A stretch of 64,000 nucleotides of DNA from Callorhinchus milii (taxonomy: Eukaryota), in assembly GCF_018977255.1 (NCBI RefSeq), contig NW_024704742.1, positions 43,464,001-43,528,000 of the forward strand, in the 5' to 3' direction. This document shows, piece after piece, positions 53,983-64,000 of this stretch. Below the pieces are notes generated by a model. That model searched no databases and was not told the origin of the DNA. It was given only the letters and a program-made list of their open reading frames with translations. A program made the position numbers and the translations under genes. Every line of letters starts with the position of its first letter. The first letter of the stretch is position 1.

Positions 53983-56900
53983 ATAACATAACATGTAGGA
54001 GCAGGAGTAGGCCATTCGGCCCTTCCAGCCTGCCCCACCATTCAATCATGGCTGATCTTCTAATCTAACTCCAGCTAATAACCTGACCCTGCCTTATCCC
54101 GATATCCCTTAATCCCTTTTGCAATAAGAAATGTATCTATCTATCTCAGTCTTGAATATGTTCAAGGACTGAGCGTCAACAGCCCTTTCGGGTAGGGAGT
54201 TCCAGACATTCACCACCCTTTGAGTGAAGAAGTTCTTCCTCAACTCAATGCGAAAGGGCTGGCCTGTGATTTTAGGTTGTGACCCCTAGTTTTAGTTTCT
54301 CCAACCAGGGGAAACAATCTCCCACTATCTACTCTATCATGCCCTTTGATGATCTGATAGGTTTCTATAAGATCCCCTCTAATTCTTCTATATTCTAGAG
54401 AATTATAGGCCCAAATTGGTCAACCTATCCTCGTAACTCAACCCTTTCATCCCTGGTACTAACCTAGTAAATCTATGCTGCACCCCCTCCAAGGCAAGTA
54501 CATCCTTCCTTAAATAAGGAGACCAAAACTGCACACAGTTTTCCAGGTGTGGTCTCACCAGGGCCCTATACAGTTGCAGCAAGACTTCCCTACTCTTATA
54601 CTCTAATCCTTTCATAATGAATGCTAACATACTGTTCGCCTTCCTAATTGCTGCTGCACCTGCAGACTAACTTTCTGTGATTGGTGTTCAAGGACTCCCA
54701 AGTCCCTCTGGACGTTAACACATTCCAATCTCTCCCCTTCTAAAAAATAACCCGCTCTACTGTTTTTGATACCTAGGTGGATGACTTTGCACTTCCCTAC
54801 ATTATACTTCATCTGCCACCTACCTGCCCAATCATCTAACCCCTTCTATGTCTCGCTGCATTTTTTTAATGTCATCCTCTGTGTTGACACTTCCTCCTAG
54901 TTTTGTGTCATCTGCGAATTTAGATATATTAACTTTGATGTCCTCATCTAGATTGTTGATGTAGATGGTAAATAGCTGAGGCCCAAGGACTGATCCTTAT
55001 GGCCTCCACTAGTCACATCCCGCCAATCTGAAAAGGACCCATTTATCCCTACTCTTTGTTTCGTACCTGTTAACCATTCCCCAATCCACGTTAATATGCT
55101 CCCCCCAATTCCATGGGCCCTTATCTTTTGGACTAACCTTTTATGTGGCACCTTATCGAATGCCTTCTGGAAGTCCAAATAGACCACATCCACTGATTCA
55201 CCCTTATCTAGTTTACTGGAAATATCCTCAAAAAACTCTATGAGATTGGTCAAACATGACTTCCCTTTTGTAAAGTCAAGTTGACTTGGCCTAATTATAT
55301 TGTGCTTCCCTAAATACCGCACCACCACATCCTTAATCAATGATTCTAAATTTTTTCCTATCACTGATGTGAGACTAACTGGCCTATAGTCCCATCTTTT
55401 CCTTTCCACCTTTTTTAAATAGTGGTGTGACATTTGCGATCTTCCAATCCATGGGGACTGTTCCAGAATCCAAGGAATTTTGGAAGATCAGACACAAGGC
55501 CTCCACTATCTCATAAGCTTCCTCTTTTTAAACCCTGGGATGCAAGCCATCCCGGACCAGGGGATTTGTCACTTTTTAGTGCTAACAGTTTCCCAAGCAC
55601 CCAATTCTCTACTAATGAAAATTTCCCTAATTATCCCCTTTGGTGCATCTCTATTGTTGTCAGACTTGTTGTGTCTTCTAGGGTGAAGACAGATGCAAAG
55701 TACCCATTTAGGGACTCTGCCATGTCCTTGTCCCCCATTACAACTTCTTCTGTCTCTGACTGAAGTGGACCTACATTTACCATCACTAGCCTATTCCTCT
55801 TAATGTATTTGTAAAAATGTTTACAATCAGACTTAATGTTCCTAGCTAGCTTACCCTCATGCTCTTTTTCTTGCTCTTTATGAGTTTTTTAGTTTCTTTT
55901 TTGCTGGTTTCTAAAACTCTCCCAGTCTTCAGGTTTGCTGCTTTTCTTGGCAGTTTTATAAGCTTTTTCTTTTAATTTGATGCTTTCCGTAACTGCTCTA
56001 GTTAGCCACGGATGAATTGCTTTCCCCATGTTACTCTTATTCTGCAAGGGAATATGCGACCACTGAGAATTTTGTACTACATCCTTAAATATTTGCCACT
56101 GTTGGTCTACATTTTTACCTCTTAATCTTATTCTCCAGTCTATTTTACCTAAATCTTTCCTCATACCTACAAAATTAGCCTTATTTAAATTCAGAATACT
56201 TGCCTCGGATTTAACCATATCCCTCTCTAACTTAATGCAGAATTCAATCATATTGTGATCACTCTGCCCTAGAGGAGTCTTACTACCTACACTGCCAACT
56301 AGCCCTGTTTCGTTACACAAAACAAGGTCTAGGATGGCCTGTCCCCTTGTTGGTTCCTTGGCATGCTACTCTAGAAAATTATCTCTCATACACTCAATGA
56401 ACTCTTCTTCTGACCTACTTTTGCCGATTTGGTTTTCCCAATCTATGTGGAGATTGAAATCACCCACTATTATCGCTTTACCTTTCCTACATGCTCCACT
56501 GATTTCTTGATTGATACCCTGTGCTATATTGTGATCACTGTTTAGGGGTCTATAAACCACTCCCATTAATATTTTCTGCCCTTTATTATTTTTTATTTCC
56601 ACCCATATTGTCTCGACCTCCTGGTCATCGGATTTCAGATCCTTCCTCTGCACTACTTTTATTTCATCCCTAATTAACAGGACTAACCCCCCACCTCTTT
56701 TCCCACAGTGCCCATCTTTCCTGTAAACTGAGAACCCTGGAATATTTAACTCCCACCCTAGATCTCCTTGTAACCCTGTTTCAGTGATGGCTACTAGATC
56801 GTACCCATATGTGTCTATCTGTGCTTTTAATTCGTCAGTTTTATTCTGAATGCTTCGCGCATTCAGATATAACATTTTTAATTTCCTACCATTTCCTCTA

Positions 56901-57135
56901 CTCTCTGATTCCTTATCTACTTTGCCAAGCTTCTTACCCCTAGTTAACACATTCCTATTATCTGGCATGCTATTCTGCACTGTCATCTTTACTTTTTCTA
57001 ATGCTAACTTATGGTTTCTCTTACCTACATAATTCCCCCCCCCCCTTTACTAGTTTAAATTCCTATTTATCTCCCTGTTAATTCGTTCAGCTAGGACATT
57101 TGTCCCAGCCCGAATTTAAATGCAGCCCATTTCTC
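53983..57135 (-). mobile_element. CR1-clade LINE: end of ORF1, frameshifted ORF2 (APE + RT) and 3' UTR
   Basis: ORF1 end NGLHLN...GTNVLAERINREINRNLN*. ORF2 motifs YLNARSIQNK/AITETG, YRPVSLTSVIGK, YLDFQKAFDKVPHKRL and LYRALVRPHLENCVQFWSPY. 3' UTR gaatggcctactcctgctcct. Confidence 0.95.
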
Positions 57136-57908
57136 TGAAATGATTGATATCTGCATTGGAGAAGTTAGTACCGGCAATAACACAATGAGATGAATAAACC
57201 TTTTTTTATGAAGGATGCAAGACAGAGAGTCTTTCAGAGGGGAGAGAATGGGGACAGAGTGGCAGAAAGCTCAGCCACCAATCCTGCCAGAAGGAGTAAG
57301 GAGTGTGCACCAGGCTTGAGGTTGCAGAGTGGATAAAATCAACAGGAGATTTGGGCTGGACAAGTGTGCAAAGGTAAAGTGGGTAAGGGAATTAAGAGAT
57401 TTGAAAAACAGAAGCCAATCTGAGAATGTATGGCGCCAACAGGGTGTTGAAGCCAATCAGCTTCGGACAGCAAACCAGTGGTGCGTGATGGGTACTGGCA
57501 AAGGAATTTTGAGTGAGTTGGAGACAGAACTGGAAGGCACTGATAGTTGTTAATGTTCAGCTCAAAGACGTTAGAGCTCAATTATTTTCTGTTATAAAAT
57601 TGCTGTGCTCAGCACTCGGGATATTTATATTGCAACCACATGCGGATGCATTTTTGTGTGTATTAAACTGACCAGAAATAAAAAGTGCACTATATTAAAA
57701 AAATATTTTACAGCAGCAATGCTTGTGGCTAAGACAACAGCATAGACTACCCAAACATATTCCTTAAGGGGTAAATATACAGTGCAAGATTATGGGCTTC
57801 ATATTGTTATTGAGAGTTGTTCCCTAATTCAATTATTTGTGTATTCATAATTAGAAACATAGGTCGATATTTTTTGTTCATAACATGCATAGAAAGTATG
57901 CGGGTGAA

Positions 57909-57938
57909 NNNNNNNNNNNNNNNNNNNNNNNNNNNNNN
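57909..57938. other. Assembly gap (30 N)
   Basis: Run of N. Confidence 1.
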
Positions 57939-58009
57939 TTGATATGAACCCGCTCTTATGACTTTTAATTAACGTACGACAACCAGGCGCGCCGCGATAC
58001 GTGTTAACT

Positions 58010-61000
58010 ATTGCACCCTAAGCAACATCAGCAGTCCAAGTCACTATCCAGCATGAATGAAGAGTACTGTATAGATGCAAGTTTCAAGCAAGTTGTTGTT
58101 TGCTGCATTTTCATTCGATTCAACCCCACCTCACACCCCAATTCCCTTTTGCTTGTTGGCTTCTGTACTTTAATTCCACCTTTAAGATCTAAGTATATCT
58201 ACACTTTCCTCCCCCCCAATCCACAAGCCTTTCTTGTCAGCTAGACTTTCATTAACCACATGTGCCTACAAGATCCCACATTGTAAGTGGTCTCGCGCCA
58301 TAGCAAAGTGCTATATAAGGGGTCACCCAGGACTCTGTTCAATTAACCACTCGTAGACTACACACGCTTAAAATTTTAGCAGGGGCTTTTAAATAAAATC
58401 ATAATTTTTTTTTAAAATCTAGTTTTATCTGCAAACCGCTCTGTATTGACTCAAAATTTTAATTTATTTTCCACAAACAGGGTTGTGCTCTCTCCCAAAT
58501 TTTATTTCTTCTGATAGTTTGATCAAACCACTCTTTAGTTCACAATTCAATTCTACATTCATCTATTTCTTCAATATTGTATCTCACCAACCACACTGCA
58601 AAAATGTCTACCCCTCTTGCAGACTGAATTAGTAAATGTTAGTAAATATGTTCCAACCAGTCGATGGGCCAATAATCTAGTTTCCAGGCCGTGGTTGGTG
58701 GGGTAAAGAATGTAATTCCTCAAAGATACCGAGGTTCTATTCTTAATGCTCCGTTAACCTTCTGGCCCTCACAAACACCTCGAATTTCAAATAAAATTCT
58801 TCTATCTTTCAAAACTAAAGCAATCTCCAAAAAATTATTCCTCTTTCATGTTAAAACTTGTTTTCCTCTGCTCAACAACTCTCCCAAGTTGTTTGTCCAT
58901 GGCTTCAATAATGTTCCCACATCAGGAGGAAATGGAGGGGGGGGGTGTAAGAGTCCCTCTAGAGCCTGTCCTGCGCCCCTGGCCAGAATACAAAAAAAGT
59001 TTCTCATTTGAGGCCAGAAAACCTGCATGGTCTTAGTCTTTGAGAACAGTGTCAAAATTTCACTTTGTGCAAATTGGAAAATTTGAAAATGTCAGTCTTA
59101 GTATAGAAACCATTTTACTTCAGTGTCGGACTTCCCCCCTCATCCAAAAAAATTAAGATCTGATGTAAGAATTTTCTAAATTCTGTACATCCTAAAATTT
59201 CAAATCCTTACCTTCAGGTTTCATTCTTTCCCCGTTGCAACCTTTTTACTTTTTTATTGACACAAACATGATCAAAACTTGCTCACATTTCCTTCCAAAT
59301 ATTTTGCCTTCATCCTTGTTGCATCGATATCAAAACTTTGTAGCATATCCACTTAATCTCTTTATTTACCTCAGCTACCCCATTACAATCTATAGACTAA
59401 TTGGTGACCAACATTTTGTTTAAAGCAAAGAATTTAACTTTGATACAAAGATTTGACATGAGTCATATGCATGAATATTAAGACAGAGGGATATATGAAA
59501 CGGGACACAAATGCTGCTTCAAATTCTAGGTCAGAACTTTGAGCTATAGTCCATGGTGACAATCTTGTGCATTGCTTGGAGTGTCAAAGGTGCAATCCTT
59601 CAAAGCAGCTCAATTTGAGTTACTGTCTCCCTTTTAACTGGATGTTAAAGATCCCATGACATCATTGAAAATAGGAGTCCTCGTCAACAATTTGGCCATT
59701 TACTTCAAGGCTGTTTGTGGATGTTCCTCTGTGTAAATTGGCTGCTGCATTCCCCTACAAATACAGTCGCTACACTTCAGCGCAATTGCTGCAACGTTTT
59801 TTTTGAGATGATTCAACATTATTGGCACTATACCAAAACAACAATTAATATTAACTAACTTTTTCTGCTATCTTGTGCTGCTTTTATATTATAAAGCTGA
59901 TTACACCAATTTAACTACTCAAGAAGTGATACTGTCAAATTTAACATTGCTTTTAACGCAATGGCACTTTTAAATGCAAAAAATCAATGTATTAACATAT
60001 GACTGAATTGTGTAAATATATATACATATAGGATGTTCTGTAAGCATTCAGTTGTAGAAAGTTAGAGCTCATCCAGGACTTGATGTCCAACTGGCAATTG
60101 GTCAGAACATCAGTGGTCCTGGAATTGAGGATGGAGGCAGAGATAGAGTTGGGTGTTATTTGCATACAAATGGAAGTTAACCCCATGCCTGTGGATGACA
60201 TCACCAAGTAGGGGCATGCAGATATTAAAAAGGAGAGGACCAAGGATTGAGCCTTGAAGAACGCCGCATGCGACAGTGCGAGGGCAGGTGAAATCATTCC
60301 AGGAGACAAAGTGGAGATGATAGGATAGGTAGGAGAGGACAGAACGTGAAGGTGGAGCTGAGAGCAGAGAAGGATAGGGTGATTGATAGCGTTGAAGGTG
60401 GCAATGACACTGAGAAGAACAAGGAGATAGAGCAAGCCCAGGTCGAGGAAGGAATCAAAGGAGAACCTGGTGGGTCTCATACAGGAAACGCGGGATGATC
60501 GGGATAAAGGAGACTGGAGCAAAAGTGTGGAGGTAGGAATGGGAGAAGGCGACAGCGACAGAGGAGTTTTGGACACAAGGAATTTGATTATCTCTTCACA
60601 TTTGGAACTGGAGGAGGATGGGAAAAGCACCGGATAGTGGTTAAAGGAAGCAACTTGTGGTGGAGAAAAGGAGCCTTGGGTTGTCCTTGGCCTTCAGGAT
60701 GATCAAAGAGGACAACTTTTTTATTATTATTATTATATTATAACTTGGCTTATGATGAGGGCAGAACGGTAGATTTTGGTGCATGGTTCAGCCAGATCTG
60801 GCAGCAGATCATTAAGATGGATTTAAGCCATAGGCACATTCAAAGAGGTGTGATTTAAGGTGGGTGGTGAGTGGTAGAGGGAGGGAGTTTCAGAGGTTAG
60901 CGTTGTACGAATTGAAGGCTCAGCTCTCAATAGTGACACAGACAGGGCTGGAAACACTCACCAAACCAGAGTTAGCTGAGTGGAGTACTAAGAATACCAT

Positions 61001-64000
61001 CGACTGCAAGCTCAGATTTTGTTTAGTCAAAAAATTTCAAATGTAGTAGGTGCGGACAGACATTAAGATGCAGCAACTCGTCTTTGAAATTTCAATTTGG
61101 GGAGGTGGAAAGGAACTGCAGCTTAAATTCATGTAGTATTTTTCACATACAAGAAAATCTCAAAGGACTTGACAATATCCAACAGGCACATAAGTGATTT
61201 GAAGATTCAAATGAATGATAAGTTCATTAAAAATGGAAGACATATTCTTCCTTGCAGCAACAGACAATTTGATCAGATAGGACATCAAGGTGGGAATAAA
61301 GCTTCAGGTAGCAATTTGAAGCTTCAAATAATGTGTCAATGCACAGCATAAATTCAAAATCTTTTAGTGCCGGCTATTGTGTAACAAAGCCTTGAAGTGC
61401 ATGATCCTTGCTGAGTCATTCAGCTAATTACGGAGTTTTCTTCTTGCATGTTGAGCTTTTCCTCCTTGAAGCACATTTGAAGTTCTCCTCACCAGCCACA
61501 TGACTACCATAAACCTGTCCCCTTTCAGATTCTGCATAAAACGGTCATGGTGTTTAATATAATGATAATCCAATATGAAACATCAAAATAAGAATAATCC
61601 TTGCATTTGACAGAACACCTTTCACATCAAGAGAACGTCTCAAAGCGCTTCAGAGAATTTACTGTGAAGTGGAGTAACCTTGTTTTTTGTGGTTGGACAC
61701 GGCAGCCAATTTGTGCACAGCAAAGTCCCACAAAGAGCCTTGAAGTGAATGACTAATTATTTCTGGGGAATGTTGACAGGACAATGAGCCAAACTCCCTT
61801 CTCTTTTTGAATAGGATTTTCAGGCCAAATGTACTGCCCAATCACTGACTAAGCTATTCGAACACTGTAATATCACCCATTAAAAGCCTATTATGATGCT
61901 AGCTCCTCAGCTGGAGCCAACTACCAATTCTCTGCTCTTTTAAATATTGTCATTGGCTCAGACCAAACCACACTGCATAATACATTTAGACATGGAGGCA
62001 TCATACACTCTTGTGCAATTTTATCTTCAAGAACTTGGTTCTTGTACTGAAATCACATAAAATCAAACTTCAATTGCAAATAGTCACCCAAATGCAGAAC
62101 CCATTGACTTGTATTTTCTGTATTCAGCAATCGCTGAATTAAGACAATGTGCAAGAAAATACTTTGGCAGTGAATATGCTTCTTACGCTTCCCCAGAAAG
62201 TAAAATTATCTAAATGTCCGATTGTTTTCTGAATTCTTCATGGAATTTTTAAAATCTTTCTCGGCGTTGAGGAGAGAGCACTAAGCTCAGAGTATTTTTG
62301 TATCAAATGGGATGATGATTTGTTCTGAAACAAATCAAACAAGCCACTTTCGATATGGGAACCCCAAAGTTGAAATGTAAGGCATAATCCCTCAAGTTTC
62401 CCCAGAAACAAAATATTTATGGTGATGCCTCCACTGAGCCATAAAGTATAGCATTAGTGAGGGAGAGGAGATGGGACTCAACCTGGAGACGTGAAACTGC
62501 CTCTAAAATTTCAGTAAAACACATTCCAAGTCCAAGGGCATCCAATATACTTCACCATCATTTGGTCTGGAGAAAATCTTGAGTCACTGGTGTCCGTTCC
62601 CTTGCTTTTACCTTCTTAGCTTAACCACTAATTAACCACAATTTGGACAACCTACCAATATGAAACTTCTCCTAATGAACATGTTGGCATGCTTTTGAAG
62701 GACTCCTTATCAGAATGGTGGGGGAAGCGGTTCTAGAGGAAGAGGGAATTCAAACGGCCTCTAACCAAAGTAAAAATTTACATGGTAGACACCAACCAAA
62801 ATGAGTTAGTCACATACAAAGACTAGGGAGTGCATAAAATGAACTAAGCACGCTTTGACTGGACTGAAAATTAACTGAAATTTCTAGACAATAGTCTAAT
62901 AAAGCTCCAAACAAGCACAAGAGGATAAACTCTTCCAATCACAGGTGGCATTTGAAAGATCCTGATAATTGGCTTAAGGCTGTTTCTTTTAAACCTGCAA
63001 TAACCTTCACCAGTACTGTCCTTTGTTTTATTTAACCCTAAAAAAAAGTTGTGGTTTGCATTAATTTGTGGCCTTAAGCTTTCTGCTAACCCGAAAGAAA
63101 GCTGCCTTCTCACCAACCCAAACACTGATCCCAATGAAACAAACACCACATGAAGCAAAATCTATTATTTATAAAACTCTTAAGGATTAACACACCACCA
63201 ATATTATTATCTCAACGTCCTAGTTTGTCATTTTGACCATGGGCTAGTTACAAGCCACCCAAAATAAAGGTAACATCTTTATTATATGTAATCTGTGAAC
63301 AGAAATAAATATCCTAGTGCTCAACTTCAAAATATTTTAAGTTTCCTGCTCTCAATGACTAAATCCTAGGATCAAAGATGAAAAAAAAAACTTTTGACAA
63401 ATACTTTTTTTAAAAAAAAAACAGTGGACAATCTTTACTTAGTGATCATCTTGTGTAATTTGTTGGCACAGCACAAGCTGACCTGTAAAGGGGCTTCCAC
63501 TACCAATGAATGCAGATGCCCTTCAAAAAATTGATGAGGAATACAAGGCCTAGGATAAGTTATTGAAAGGCGTTACCTGGATTCCAGGTTCAAGAACACT
63601 CTCAGATACCCAGGCCTTGAAATCCACTTCTTTGGGTTCCAGAGAGGAAAGGAGCAGCTGCCACAGCTCTGTACCTCCAAATGGTGGAACCATCACTCAA
63701 TGAATAGGGATGTGTGACCGAATAGTGGATAGCAGGATAGTGGCAAAGCTCTCATGCATTTCTTGCTTAGCTAACAACAACAAGATTGCATTTATAGTGC
63801 GCCTTTCACGTCGGGAGAACGGCCCAAGGCACTGGACAGTTGCGTCGGGACCCGAGCAGGGGGGAAATGGTCAGGGTGAGGGGAGGGAAGGGAGGGAGCG
63901 AGGAGCTAAGCTTCACACCAGGATGCTCGAATAACTTCTGCATCTAATGAGGGCTCAAACGTGTGTTGCATGTCAAATGACCAATTAGTGACAACCCTCC
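58010..64000 (+). repeat. Near-identical direct duplicate of 35790-41796 (DHX15 intron 1), running to the window end
   Basis: Collinear match with identical ORF translations. The offset drifts from 22220 to 22204. Confidence 0.98.

Overview
This window is vertebrate genomic DNA. The L2, CR1 and Deu-domain SINE content suggests a cartilaginous fish, possibly a chimaera (inference). The only host gene I can support is DHX15 (Prp43 orthologue, DEAH-box RNA helicase) on the minus strand. It has a CpG-island promoter (~43.1-46.0 kb) and coding exons 1-6 (44594 down to 11722; 1164 nt, 388 codons, all GT-AG, phases consistent). I did not find exon 7 onward, which presumably lies left of position 1. 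The rest is mostly decayed L2 and CR1 LINEs, at least three SINE families, a Tigger-like MITE and an unclassified repeat. After a 30-N gap (57909-57938), bases 58010-64000 almost exactly repeat 35790-41796, most likely an assembly artefact. I do not see a demonstrably new biological system. The best leads are an in-frame alternative first exon (MFHR-), a candidate poison exon after exon 5, a 71-nt near-perfect intronic hairpin containing AAGUGCU, an octamer-motif enhancer candidate, an unclassified repeat with residual ORFs, and a SINE/L2 pair sharing a 3' stem-loop. Repeat boundaries are approximate and read by eye.
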